A DNA stretch of 64,000 nucleotides, taken from the NCBI GenBank assembly GCA_963740315.1, contig CAVUDP010000002.1:1920001-1984000 (forward strand), read 5' to 3'. Below are positions 49,721-61,215 of the stretch, piece after piece. A program made the position numbers and the translations under genes. This stretch comes from an uncultured cyanobacterium (lineage in GTDB: Bacteria > Cyanobacteriota > Cyanobacteriia > Cyanobacteriales > Nostocaceae). The notes under the pieces are model-generated. The model saw only the letters and a program-made list of their open reading frames with translations. It did not search any database and had not been told where the DNA came from. The stretch's first letter is position 1, and every line of letters begins with the position of its first letter.

Positions 49721-51789
49721 TTAAGGCAACCCGCGTGCAGTAACGGAGCGTTGCAAATTAGCTAAAGCGCGATTGTAATCCAATATGGCATTAATTCGAT
49801 TACCTTCGGCTCTAGTAAGAGCATTTTCCGCATCAATTACTTCGAGTTGAGTTCCAACACCCGCTTGAAAGCGCAATCGAGCTAATCTCAAAGATTCTCT
49901 AGCTTGATCTAAAGCTGCTTGGGAGGTTTGCACGTTCTCCAGGTTGGATTGCAGTTCTGAATAAGCTTGCTCTACTTGAAAGCGGATTTGATTGCGCTGC
50001 TGAGAAAACTGAGTTTCAGCTATATTGATGTCGGCTTTTGCCTGTGCTGCTTGCGCTTTTGATGCACCGCCATCATATAAGTTGAGGTTTGCCTGCAATG
50101 CTACGCTGTAACCGTCGGTTAATCCCACCCCATCATTAAAGCTATCAAGTACATTGTAGTTGGCAACAACACTAACTTGGGGACCGAGTTGCGAAAGTGC
50201 TAGCCGTCGCTGTTGTTCGTTAATATTGCGCTGTGCTAACTGTTGTTGCAATTCGGGACGGTTTTGATAAGCCAAAACGATACTATTTTCCAGCGTTTGG
50301 TTCCACAAACCAGCCAATTTTACCGGATCTGCTGCTGCAACAGTTGCTGACTGAGATAAGTTCAACCGCGTCACTAACTGACGGCGAGAAATTCTCTGTT
50401 GCGAAAGAGCGTTAGTTAACTGTTGCTGAGAGTTTGCTAAGTTAACCTGAGCGCGTAAGGAATCAAAGCGGGTACCAACACCAGCTTGTTCTAATGCCTG
50501 TGCATCTCGTAAACTTGCTTCGGCGTTGACTACAGCAGCCCTTGAAATCCGAACTTGTTCGTCTGCTTGCTGCAAGTTGTAATAATCGGTGGCTACGTTA
50601 AGGCGAATTTCTTCAGATAACCGCTCAACGTCCAATTCTTGCAAGCGCACCTGTTCTTCCGCTTGTTGGATGCGAGCCGATCGCGCTCCGGAAGTGTATA
50701 AATCGTAACTGATTTGCGCCCCACCATTGAAGCTGGTAGTAGGCGAATTATCAAACTCCGTTCTTTGTTCGGGTGGTAGGTTTTCCTGTTGTTGTTCTCG
50801 AAGTTGGTTACTAAGCCCATTGCTTGCGCTGTTAGAACGACCAACTTGAGCATTCAAACCCACGTTAGGCAATAAAGCAGCTTGTTGAACTTTCAAACCA
50901 GATTGCGCCCGATCTAACTGCAATAAAGCTACCTGTAGCTCTTGATTGTTACGTCTTGCTAACTCCAACGCCTGCTCCAAAGTAATCGGTTGAATTTGGT
51001 CAACTCTTACTTCCTCTGGTTGGGTGGGATATTGCAGGGGGTTGGCGCTGGGGTCAAGACTGTTAGGAATCGGTACTGGACCCTGCAAAGATGGTCTTGT
51101 TGGCTGTACCGGAGCCGGAGAGAGTGCTTGAGCTATTTTAGTATCGGGAATAGAATTAATTCGTCCGCAAACTGAAGCAGCCGAAACTGATAAAACCCAC
51201 GCCAGTTTTGGATTATGTCCTCTCGTTGAGGTATGCTGCTGTGTGGGACAGCTTTCTACCTCTAATAGCTTTGCGGCTCCAGGTCCTGCTGCAATTTGCT
51301 GTAATTTTTGAAATGTTTTATCGTTATTGTTTTCCTTTATTACTGCTGGGGTAATTTTTCCAATTCCAGAGGAATTACCTTTTGAATCCAAAACGTTTTG
51401 GGAAGAACGTTTTTTTGGCGCTTGTCTCAAACTATCGGAAGCATCCAAGGTACTAGCTGTATCTTGATTATTTCCCCCATCGCTTCGTTCGATACCCCAC
51501 TTTTAGGAGCTACTCTCACTTTTGCGCTAGGATTGACTGGTTTTAAATTGCCCGATTCTACTCCTGCTGGAGTAGCTGGGGCTGGATATGTTTTGTCAAC
51601 CGTATCTTTTCGCGGAATAAAAGTATCAGATAAAACGTCTTCACTACTCGTACTCGTAGTAAAGATACTCGGATAAGTACCCAAATGTGAGTTATCAACA
51701 GTCACAGTGTCAGCCCAAGCAGGCTGAGTTGTTAGGACCGCTGCTGTCACACCGGGCAAGAAACTATTTAATATTCGCTGTGCTTTCAC
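49721..51789 (-). pseudogene. tolC: TolC-family outer membrane protein (HgdD-like), frameshifted near 51474-51500 as sequenced
   Basis: Signal peptide in ORF 51427-51789; OEP repeats (LEQALELARRNN, ARLRFQAGVGT) in ORF 49721-51448 in a different frame. Confidence 0.8.
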
Positions 51790-51876
51790 CGCATTTCCTC
51801 ACACTACAACCAAGCGGTAGAACTGTTGTTTTCTCACCACAGACTATATCACCCTTAAAACCCTTACAATGTCAAC

Positions 51877-53445
51877 TCAAGTGTTAGTATCTGGTTTTTG
51901 ACTGTCCTCAAAACCCCTAACAATGCGGGATAATTCCGCCTTTTCATCGATACTAACGCGGCTCGGCACTCCACTGATAATTCTTTCGTAATCTTGGAAT
52001 GAATTTTTGATTTGTGGTCCTTCACGAGTAATATTGTATTCGCGAATACCCTTGTCGTGCCAGGAACCGCGCATTTTAAATACGTTGATTGCTCGCGACA
52101 TTTCTCCACGAATTTCTACATACTGTAACAAGATAATCGTGTCGGTGATGGTAGAAATATGAGAATCGGTAATCGAATTTGAACCCAAGAAATGGGCTGT
52201 AGTATTGGTAAAAAAGCCGGTGATTTCTTCTTGTTTGGCGTAACCCGTGACACCAATCACAAATTGTCGGAAGGCATTATTAGAAACTCCTCTGGCTAAA
52301 GCGCTAAGGGAATCTATGGCGATGCGAGAGGGTTTAAATTCAGCAATTTCTGACTTAATAATTTGTAGATGATCCTCTAAACCAGTTGATTCGGGATAAG
52401 CGCAAATAATTTTGAGCAATCCTTTACGCTCTAGTTCCTCAAAATCAATTCCCCACGAAGTGGCGTTACGTGAAAGTTGAGCGCGTGATTCTTCATAGGC
52501 AAATAATATTGAGCGTTCCCCTATATGGCAACCTTCCTGCAAAAATCTGCTGACTAACAGTGTCTTACCCGTACCTGTAGCGCCTGTAGCCAAAATAATT
52601 GAGTCTTTGAAAAATCCACCACCGCACATTTTATCGAGGTGTTTGACTCCCGATGATATGCGGACGTTTGAAGAACGCTGAGTCAATTGCATCGCACTCA
52701 ATGGGAAAATATTTATCCCGCGATCGGTAATTGTAAAAGGATATTCCCCTTTCATATGAGTCGTACCGCGTAATTTGAGAATTTCGATAGTGCGTCTGCG
52801 ACGTTCTCCTTCTAAAACGTTACGAAAAATGATTGCATTGTCCGATACAAATTCCTCTACTCCAAATGTTGCAACAGCGCCGTATTCTTCTCTTCGTTCG
52901 GTTGTCATCAGAGTGGTAACGTTTAAACTTTTCAAACGTGCAACCAAACGAAAAATTTCTCGCCGCACCAATCCGGCAGCTTCATACTGTTGAAATATTG
53001 CTGTTACCGAGTCAATAGAAATCCGTTTTGCCTTGTATTTTGTGATTGCGTATTGCAAGCGTTCTATTAGCCCTGACAAGTCAAAATTACCGATTACTTC
53101 TTGTCCTTCGGGATCGGGAGAAGCATCCAGAATAAATAATTGACCGTCTTCAATTAACTGCTGTAAATCCCAACCAAATATATGAGCATTTTTGATAATA
53201 TCGCTAGGAGATTCTTCAAAAGTTACAAATATTCCTGCTTCTTCTAAGTGAGAAATACCATTATAGAGAAACTGTAGAGAAAATAATGTTTTTCCCGTAC
53301 CAGAGGTACCGCTGACCAAAGTTGTTCTACCTTTAGGCAATCCGCCATGAGTAATATCATCAAAACCCTCTATCAAAGTGTGAATTTTTTCTACACCCTT
53401 CCTTGAAGGCTTGCTGCTCTGTAGCGGTTTTTCTTGCTCGCTCAT
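51877..53445 (-). CDS. kaiC: Circadian clock kinase KaiC
   Basis: Two P-loops GTSGTGKT / GATGTGKT; phosphosite SHISTITD. Confidence 0.98.
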   Translation of the reverse strand: MSEQEKPLQSSKPSRKGVEKIHTLIEGFDDITHGGLPKGRTTLVSGTSGTGKTLFSLQFLYNGISHLEEAGIFVTFEESPSDIIKNAHIFGWDLQQLIEDGQLFILDASPDPEGQEVIGNFDLSGLIERLQYAITKYKAKRISIDSVTAIFQQYEAAGLVRREIFRLVARLKSLNVTTLMTTERREEYGAVATFGVEEFVSDNAIIFRNVLEGERRRRTIEILKLRGTTHMKGEYPFTITDRGINIFPLSAMQLTQRSSNVRISSGVKHLDKMCGGGFFKDSIILATGATGTGKTLLVSRFLQEGCHIGERSILFAYEESRAQLSRNATSWGIDFEELERKGLLKIICAYPESTGLEDHLQIIKSEIAEFKPSRIAIDSLSALARGVSNNAFRQFVIGVTGYAKQEEITGFFTNTTAHFLGSNSITDSHISTITDTIILLQYVEIRGEMSRAINVFKMRGSWHDKGIREYNITREGPQIKNSFQDYERIISGVPSRVSIDEKAELSRIVRGFEDSQKPDTNT

Positions 53446-53530
53446 TGCTTATTAATTACAAATAGTAAATTGACTCCGTTTTTTGATAACTAGAGTCCGT
53501 TTATTAACTTCTATATAGTTTACTGGACTA

Positions 53531-53854
53531 CTACTCGAACGAGCTATTTTCTTGTTCGCTTATTTGTGCATCTAATAAATTTAACCCGATCAACACTCTT
53601 TCTTTATCTGAAAGATCCCCAATTATTTTACGAACGGGTGGCGGTAAAATTTTAGACAAAGTTGGTGTAGCTAAGATTTTGTCGTCTTCTGCTTGCTGCG
53701 GATTTTTTTGAACGTCTATAACTTTTAAAGCATAAACTCCTTTAAATTCATGCTCCAAAATTGTTTTGAGCGTTTTGAGCGCCTGTACTGAATTAGGTGT
53801 ATTGCCTGATACATACAGCTTGAGAACGTAAGTTTGACCATCTTGATGGTTCAT
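53531..53854 (-). CDS. kaiB: Circadian clock protein KaiB
   Basis: [29 protein letters not shown]. Confidence 0.97.
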   Translation of the reverse strand: MNHQDGQTYVLKLYVSGNTPNSVQALKTLKTILEHEFKGVYALKVIDVQKNPQQAEDDKILATPTLSKILPPPVRKIIGDLSDKERVLIGLNLLDAQISEQENSSFE

Positions 53855-53958
53855 AGGTCAGCTTCGGTAGAAAATAACGGCTCTTGAGAGGGACGTAAGT
53901 TTTAAACAGTATTTAAACAAGAAATATCTATTTATCTTCTGACAAAGAACAAAAAACA

Positions 53959-54309
53959 TCAAGCCTTAGAAGCATGACGCCGATACAGTTCGCATAAATG
54001 AGCTAGCATATCAATTAACGTCAAACGATAATCAAGTAGCAATGAACTGTAATCGCTTCTGCCTTCTATTTTTAGCTGTTGAGAAAATTCATCTACTAAC
54101 TCCATATGAATTTCAATAATTTGAGGCACGGGAACATTAGCACAAAATATTGAATTAATTAATTTATCTATTTGTTCTTTTATACTTGGATCGTTGGTAA
54201 AGTATTTAATCAGAATCTGACGGTACTCGGATTTTATCTTTTTTAAAATCTCTTTTTTTTGATTCGGATTCATTTGCTCATAAAAGAGCATAATTTCAGA
54301 TTGTGACAT
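53959..54309 (-). CDS. kaiA: Circadian clock protein KaiA, C-terminal domain only
   Basis: IIEIHMELVDEFSQQLKIEGRS, LLDYRLTLIDMLAHLCELYR. Confidence 0.93.
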   Translation of the reverse strand: MSQSEIMLFYEQMNPNQKKEILKKIKSEYRQILIKYFTNDPSIKEQIDKLINSIFCANVPVPQIIEIHMELVDEFSQQLKIEGRSDYSSLLLDYRLTLIDMLAHLCELYRRHASKA

Positions 54310-55118
54310 CTAACTACATATCTAATATTTTCCCTATAACTATCCTGCTGCGATCTATATGCAGGCTTCCTAGATGCTTATCGATTCAAGGCTGCTTAAC
54401 ATATCTCTAACATTTTATGCTCGTAAAGTACTGACTGCTTTCTATAAAAAAACTGTTATTTACAGACATTTTTTTGTCCCAACTTTTAAAACTAGATTAA
54501 ACTATATTAAATAAAATATTATAATGTGTAAATAGGATTTATAAAAAATATTTTATTCTCATCTAAATGTCCAGTTTGTTCCTAAAATTTTGGCATATTT
54601 GTCAATTGAAACCTATTTTATTTCTATTTATTTAATCCTTAAAATGTAGGAAAAGTGAAAACAATTACTTATATATTGCTCATATATAGTATTAATTGTC
54701 TAGGGATAAATTTTAATTTCATCGAAGTTAAAATTTGTAAAGATCGATTGTCACAGTTGCAATGCGAGCGTGAAAGCTTTATGCTTATTTAACAATTACG
54801 AACTATTTAGATATATATTTTGTTAGTAAACGGCAGAATTAAGATAGATAAAGGAAGATGAAAAAACCTTAGTAATTTGAATCATTATAATTACTAAAGA
54901 TTTTTCCGGTAATTTTCAAGTAATAATTGATTTAATGGCTGCTATCGATGCAAAGAGTGCGAACTCTAAAAGGACGCTTGTAAAAGCCTCCCAAATACAT
55001 CTTTAGTAGCAGAAGGGAGAAACCGCCGCACGAACAGCTCTTGAAAGACAAGTAGGTTCCGGCGAAGTCAAGATTCATTGCTTACATCAAGCAACGATCG
55101 GTTCAAAATCGCCCTGTA

Positions 55119-58100
55119 ATGTCGCAGCCCCCTAAAAGGCACGAAACAAGCAGTGAGTTAGTGATGCCGGATGCTTCTATCAGGAAGAATAACTCCAGAA
55201 GGCATATGTCAATCAAAGATTACCCACTTTACGAGTTTATTACTAGAGTACCCAGTTGCAACGAAACTACTTCTCTGATGGAAATGCTGTCTCTTTTTGA
55301 GCAAGAACACCATTCTCAGCAGTTAATAGTACATGACGAGCAACAAGTTCCTCTAGGATTGCTTAGTTCAACGAACCTGCTAGCGCAAATTATTTATGGA
55401 AAACAGGACGAGCTAGGAAACACGCATAAATTTGATTGGGAACAACCAATCTCTTGTTTGGAGGCGGACTATTACCAGCCAATCCAAATCTTAAGTTGTT
55501 CTTTAAGTTTAGAGCAATTTGGCGACAAAATGCGCTCTCTTCAATTGCCAGCACAATGTCCAAATTGGGTGCTGGTAGATCGTGATTGTAAATTTTTAGG
55601 GCTTTTAGATAGCTCTAAATTATTGCGTACTTTAGCGTTATCCGAATATAAAAATGAAAGTGTAGCCATAACTTCGGGACATCAAAAAACGGAATATCAA
55701 CAAGTGGGCAACGGAATCTCAGTTGTTTCTTCAGTTATTTCTAATACCAGGAGAACCAACACTCATTTTGATAATGCTGAAGTTATTAGCTATGTGGATG
55801 CTAAACGTAAAATTCACAAGCGCAAGCTCAAGAATAAAAAGGATAAGAAGGATAAAAGCCAATTAGAGTACAAATATGCGGCGCAATTACTTGAAGGGCT
55901 TCCTTGGGCGCTAATGTTAGAAACAGATACTAAAGAAGTAGTATCGCAAAATCAGCTTTGGTACGAACAGTTTGGAGAATTAAAAGATCCAAAAGGGTTT
56001 AAGGAACTTTGGGAAAATACCATTGAAGGGAATTTAATATCACACTCAGATACTATGAATCCCGAATTCAGACAGCAACCGGGAACTTCGCTGTTAAATC
56101 GCTGTTTTATAGATAGCGAACCTGGTAGTTGTGTCTGTGTTGTAGAAATGCTTGATGGACAAGAAAGAGTTTGGCGATTTGCTAAAATTCCGTTAGATAT
56201 AAATACGGCGAACATTCCCGAATTCGGTAATGAAGCAACGTTGAATGGGGAATTAAGTCAGGAAAATGGAAAAGTCTGGCTAGTTTTAGCTACCGATATT
56301 ACCGAACAGCAGCAATTAACTCAAGAATTAGCGGCAAAAAATGCCGATTTAATCCAGCTTAATCGTTTAAAAGATGAATTTTTAGCTTGTATTAGTCACG
56401 AATTAAAAACACCTTTAACAGCAGTATTGGGATTATCCCGCTTGCTATCCGACCAGCAGTTAGGCAAACTTAATGATAGACAAGCCCGGTACGCTCAACT
56501 AATTCATCAAAGTGGTCGTCATTTGATGAGCGTGGTTAACGATATTTTAGATTTAACCCGCATGGAAACAGGTCAAATGACGCTGACTCATGGCACGGTG
56601 AATATCAGAAACGTTTGTGATCGCGCATTGAAAGAAGCGAAAGCAATTCACGCTCAAACTACCTCTTCCCAAGCAGCGGATTTAGACAAAGACTATCAAT
56701 TTAGCCTTGATATTGAGGTAGGTTTAGAAGAAATTGTTGCTGACGAATTGCGTTTGCGTCAAATGTTAATACATCTGCTTTCCAACGCCTTTAAGTTTAC
56801 CTCTTGTGGTGGTGAAATTGGTTTGCAGATAAATTGTTGGGAAGGTTGGATTGCTTTTAACGTTTGGGATACGGGTATTGGGATTGCCGAGAGCCAACAA
56901 CATTTGATATTTCAAAAGTTTCAGCAATTAGAAAATCCCATGACTCGCCAACATGAAGGTACGGGTTTGGGGTTAGTATTAACCAGAGCTTTAGCTCGAC
57001 TTCATGGTGGTGATGTAAGTTTCTTATCGCGAGAAGGTTCGGGAAGCCAGTTTACGCTGTTGTTACCGCCATCTCCTCCTCATAAAATGGTTGGGGAAAT
57101 TGGTTTAAGCGGTACCGAAGGATATTTACAAAAATCCGAGCAACTTACAGAAGATACCGTATGGAACACGTCCCCTTCCCTAAAAGAATTACCATTAGAG
57201 AATATTCCCCTTTCTTCAAATAATATTAAATCGTCTAGCAATCAAGATTCTATTCCGAAGCTACAAACCGCGAGCAACATGGTGCTAGTTGTAGAAACAG
57301 TAGCTCGATATATAGATGATTTTACGACGCATTTAAGTGCTTTAGGATATCGAGTTGTAATTGCTCGATCGGGGTGCGAAGCCTTAGAAAAAGCCCGGAG
57401 ACTGCAACCCAAAGCTATTTTTATCAATCCTTTACTACCTTTACTTTCGGGTTGGGATGTATTGACATTGATCAAAGCTGATGCTGCAACTCGCGATATT
57501 CCGGCGATCGTCACGGCTAGTGCAGCGGAAAAAGAACAAGCATTTAGCAAACGCGCCGATTATTTCCTGAATTTACCCGTTACTTATCAAGCATTGGCGG
57601 GGTTACTCGCAAAGTTATCTGAATCGGAAGCAAAGCCAGATGCACAGAAGATTTACAAAACCGCCGAAACACAAACCCCACTGCGGATATTGAGATTAGT
57701 TGAACCCGAAGTAGAATCATTAAGTTATCATCCATCTTTAGGAAAACATCGAGTCATAGAAGTGGATGACTTAGAACAAGCACAACTTTTAGCTCGTGTT
57801 TGGAATTTCGATGTAACTTTGTTAGATGTAGAAATGCCTCTTGCTAAGATTTACTTAAAACAGATCGTTCAAAGCAAGACTTTAGCAGCTTTACCTTTAG
57901 TAACTCGCAGCGTAGAAACCACACAAGCAGCATCACAAATCGGTCAACTATCAGTATTTCCTTGTTTAACTCAATTAGGCAAAAACAACAGAATTGACAA
58001 AGAAAAAGCACCTACTTTATTATCAGTACTGCAAATCGCTGCTGGTGTATGCTGTCCGCCAAATATTTTAGTTGTAGATTTAACCATACTACCGGATTTA

Positions 58101-58577
58101 CCTGAAGCAATAGTTAACTGCAACAGGGATAACACAAAAGTTCGTTCAGTAAAGCCATGCAGCGCCAAAATTCCTTGTCCCTTAAATAACGAACACCAAA
58201 CTCTTCCAACAGAATGGTTTCAAGCTTTGGTTCAATACCTACAAACAGCAGGTTTCAAAGCAGCCATGTGTAACACTTGGGAAGAACTGTTACAACAATT
58301 ACGTCACGAAAGTGTAGATTTACTATTAATTTGTTTGGAAGAATCTACCATCGAATTAAAAGTTGAATCGGTAATATCCGCATTAGAACAAATGGCTTTG
58401 GATTTACCACCGTTGCTATTACTCGATCGCCGATTAAATTCCAATAAAGTAGAATTAGAACAAATTGAAACGAATGAAATAATTTCCGAAACCATAACAA
58501 CCCAAGTTTTACCTCGTTCAATTTCGATGGAAAACTTGTTAAATCTGATTAATCAAGCTTTATCAATTAAGAATTAA
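55119..58577 (+). CDS. Hybrid histidine kinase (CBS-like N-terminus, HisKA/HATPase, atypical receiver-like domains)
   Basis: ISHELKTPL, HLLSNAFKFT, WDTGIGI, EGTGLGL; receiver-like LQPKAIFINPLLPLLSGW. Confidence 0.92.
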   Translation: MSQPPKRHETSSELVMPDASIRKNNSRRHMSIKDYPLYEFITRVPSCNETTSLMEMLSLFEQEHHSQQLIVHDEQQVPLGLLSSTNLLAQIIYGKQDELGNTHKFDWEQPISCLEADYYQPIQILSCSLSLEQFGDKMRSLQLPAQCPNWVLVDRDCKFLGLLDSSKLLRTLALSEYKNESVAITSGHQKTEYQQVGNGISVVSSVISNTRRTNTHFDNAEVISYVDAKRKIHKRKLKNKKDKKDKSQLEYKYAAQLLEGLPWALMLETDTKEVVSQNQLWYEQFGELKDPKGFKELWENTIEGNLISHSDTMNPEFRQQPGTSLLNRCFIDSEPGSCVCVVEMLDGQERVWRFAKIPLDINTANIPEFGNEATLNGELSQENGKVWLVLATDITEQQQLTQELAAKNADLIQLNRLKDEFLACISHELKTPLTAVLGLSRLLSDQQLGKLNDRQARYAQLIHQSGRHLMSVVNDILDLTRMETGQMTLTHGTVNIRNVCDRALKEAKAIHAQTTSSQAADLDKDYQFSLDIEVGLEEIVADELRLRQMLIHLLSNAFKFTSCGGEIGLQINCWEGWIAFNVWDTGIGIAESQQHLIFQKFQQLENPMTRQHEGTGLGLVLTRALARLHGGDVSFLSREGSGSQFTLLLPPSPPHKMVGEIGLSGTEGYLQKSEQLTEDTVWNTSPSLKELPLENIPLSSNNIKSSSNQDSIPKLQTASNMVLVVETVARYIDDFTTHLSALGYRVVIARSGCEALEKARRLQPKAIFINPLLPLLSGWDVLTLIKADAATRDIPAIVTASAAEKEQAFSKRADYFLNLPVTYQALAGLLAKLSESEAKPDAQKIYKTAETQTPLRILRLVEPEVESLSYHPSLGKHRVIEVDDLEQAQLLARVWNFDVTLLDVEMPLAKIYLKQIVQSKTLAALPLVTRSVETTQAASQIGQLSVFPCLTQLGKNNRIDKEKAPTLLSVLQIAAGVCCPPNILVVDLTILPDLPEAIVNCNRDNTKVRSVKPCSAKIPCPLNNEHQTLPTEWFQALVQYLQTAGFKAAMCNTWEELLQQLRHESVDLLLICLEESTIELKVESVISALEQMALDLPPLLLLDRRLNSNKVELEQIETNEIISETITTQVLPRSISMENLLNLINQALSIKN

Positions 58578-58858
58578 AAATTATCAGTTGGGTATGGGGC
58601 ATGGGTATTTATTCCACTGGGTTATTCAGCATTTTTTACGTTAATTTTTCCTTTTAAAAAGTTAGAAAGCTGGCTATATAGTTATTTCAATTAATTTTCT
58701 TAGTGCGAGCCGGAAAGTTCGCCATTATCAATCATCTTGCTAGTAGTTGATTGGATTAAATTTGATGGGTTAGTTTTCTCGTAAATGTCGGGAGACGTAG
58801 CAGTGCTACGTCTCTACAACCCGTCCGAATTAATGAAAATGTTCGCTCTTTTAGATTG

Positions 58859-60658
58859 TTAATTAATTTTGACTCGAATTAAACTATAAGCTTGTTTTTC
58901 GGATAATTTTTCATATTCAGTTGGTTGCAATCCCATCTCAGGAAACCTTTTGGGTTCTGCTAAAATTAGTACTGAATCCGATTTTGCTTGCAACATTTGA
59001 ATATAATCTGTTGCTTGCGCGTTGCTCTTAATATAATTAATTTTACGTTGAGTGTAAAAAGCAACGCTGGGTTTTTTAAACCCAACCATGATTATTTCTT
59101 CTCCAGGTTTCTCTACCTGTACGGCTAATTGAGATAATTGCTTTAAAGGTAGCTGACGACTAGCATCCGACACGGATATAGCTGGAGTCAAAACTAATAC
59201 CATGAATGCTGTAAACGCTAATAAATTTATACAGATTAAATGTAAATAACGGCGACGTATTAAGAAAATTGCAATTATTACAGCAGCAGCCAGCCAAATT
59301 ATGCCACCCAAAACTGGTAAATCAGACCTTTGCAACATCTGTGGAAAATTTGGTGCTGCGGGGTCGTAACCGATTAAACTACTAACACGGAAAAATGTAA
59401 ATCCTACTGCTGAGGTAACGATCGCGTTTATCCAGCCACTTGCCTGCATCAAAGGTGAAGAGAGTAACACCGGAGGTAATGAGGAATTAGAAACTGTTCT
59501 AACCTGGGTTCCCGTATCCATTATCAAATCACTCCATAACAGCGCTATCAAAATACCAGCGGCAGGCATTAACGGTAATACATAGCTGGGAAGCTTGGTA
59601 ACGGCGATGGTAAAAAAGCTAAAAATACCAACAAACCAACATAAAGCAAATAAACCAAGTTGTTGAGAACGTTGTGTAGATATCCAGGATTTACGCTGCC
59701 AAAACTTTAGTCGTAGCATTGCCATAGGTAAGTAAACCGAGTAAGGAGCAAAACCCACCGCTACAACGATAAAGTAGAAAAACCACGGAGCCGAATGTCC
59801 GTTGACAACTTCTGTAAAGCGTTCGACGTTATGTAAACCAAAAAAGGAATCAATAAAATTCCAACCATTGCGCCAAGTTACTAATACATACCAAGGAAGT
59901 GATACGGCGCAAATAACGAGCATACCTCGAATTAATTTGATTTCTCGCACTACTTGCCAAAAACTTCCTAGATAAACCAAAAATAGCAAAATAATAAAAC
60001 CAGGTAAGACAATACCTACTGGTCCTTTAGTTAAAATAGCTAAGCCAATTAATACATAAAAAGCAAAATACCACCGTGCTTTTACCGGAGATTCAGGTGG
60101 TTGGGCATATCCTTGGAAAAAGCATAATAAAGCCGATGTCATACATCCGTTCAGCAGCATATCTGAAACACCCTGCCGACCCCAAGCAATCATTTCCGGG
60201 TTTAAGGCTATTACAGCAGCGCCCAAACCAGCAGTTAACCAGCGCCGAAAAGGACGGTAGACCCCTTCCAAATCGTCCATTTTCGCTTGATAAGAATACA
60301 GACTATAAAACGCCAAACTAATCAAACCAAAAGCCGCGATCGCAGAAGGTAAACGCACCGCCCATTCATTCACCCCAAAAATGATGTAAGCTATTGCCTG
60401 ACACCAGTAAATCAAAGCGGGTTTATCGAAACGAGTTTCCCCATTGAAATAAGGCGTAATCCAATCACCCGTAACATACATTTGCCTCGAAGCTTCTGCA
60501 AACAGCGGCTCAGTCTCATCAATTAAGCTAAAATTTCCCAAATGCCAAAAAAAAGCTATCCCCGCTACTATTGTTAACCATAAAATTGATAGCATCACAG
60601 CCAGAACCGGACGCTTTTCCATATTCTTCCACCAATGCTTAGAAACACTTTGAGTCAT
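58859..60658 (-). CDS. ArnT/PMT-family glycosyltransferase (GT-C)
   Basis: DETEPLFAEASRQM, FDKPAL, LTKGP, TKLPSY; many TMs. Confidence 0.92.
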   Translation of the reverse strand: MTQSVSKHWWKNMEKRPVLAVMLSILWLTIVAGIAFFWHLGNFSLIDETEPLFAEASRQMYVTGDWITPYFNGETRFDKPALIYWCQAIAYIIFGVNEWAVRLPSAIAAFGLISLAFYSLYSYQAKMDDLEGVYRPFRRWLTAGLGAAVIALNPEMIAWGRQGVSDMLLNGCMTSALLCFFQGYAQPPESPVKARWYFAFYVLIGLAILTKGPVGIVLPGFIILLFLVYLGSFWQVVREIKLIRGMLVICAVSLPWYVLVTWRNGWNFIDSFFGLHNVERFTEVVNGHSAPWFFYFIVVAVGFAPYSVYLPMAMLRLKFWQRKSWISTQRSQQLGLFALCWFVGIFSFFTIAVTKLPSYVLPLMPAAGILIALLWSDLIMDTGTQVRTVSNSSLPPVLLSSPLMQASGWINAIVTSAVGFTFFRVSSLIGYDPAAPNFPQMLQRSDLPVLGGIIWLAAAVIIAIFLIRRRYLHLICINLLAFTAFMVLVLTPAISVSDASRQLPLKQLSQLAVQVEKPGEEIIMVGFKKPSVAFYTQRKINYIKSNAQATDYIQMLQAKSDSVLILAEPKRFPEMGLQPTEYEKLSEKQAYSLIRVKIN

Positions 60659-60866
60659 TAGTTTATAATCAGTGGGACACTAGTATTAGTCATCAGTAAC
60701 AGGTAGTTAGTCAATAGTAAAAGACAACACTACTCCAGATTAAAATGACTGTGACAAATATACTCGGTTCCAAGAGAGGTGGGGAGAGGGGAGATGGGGA
60801 GATGGGGAGGTGGGGAGTACTTCGACAAGTCTTACAGTGAGCTACGTCGAACTGCTCAGTAACCTT

Positions 60867-61114
60867 TGGGGAGATGGGGAGATGGGGAGAGGGGGAGATG
60901 GGGAGATGGGGAGAGGGGGAGATGGGGAGATGGGGAGATGGGGAGATGGGGAGATGGGGAGATGGGGAGATGGGGAGATGGGGAGATGGGGAGATGGGGA
61001 GATGGGGAGATGGGGAGATGGGGAGATGGGGAGATGGGGAGATGGGGAGATGGGGAGATGGGGAGATGGGGAGATGGGGAGATGGGGAGATGGGGAGATG
61101 GGGAGATGGGGAGA
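60867..61114. repeat. Long octamer STRR (TGGGGAGA)x~31
   Basis: 248 bp of near-perfect 8-mers. Confidence 0.97.
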
Positions 61115-61121
61115 CAATTCT

Positions 61122-61212
61122 TAACAACTATCAACTAACAACTAACAACTATCAACTATCAACTATCAACTATCAACTAACAACTATCAACTAACAACTA
61201 TCAACTAACAAC
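61122..61212. repeat. Heptamer STRR (CAACTAT/CAACTAA)n
   Basis: Tandem heptamers. Confidence 0.9.
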
Positions 61213-61215
61213 GAA

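Noticed and set aside
53959..54309. kaiA as a truncated pseudogene
   Set aside because: C-terminal-only KaiA is the normal form in Nostocales; the upstream frame is closed by stops
60711..61194. ORFs such as (SPHLPISP)n and (GRWGDGEM)n, also near 1171, 17273, 40142 and 48132
   Set aside because: Stop-free STRR artefacts open in several frames
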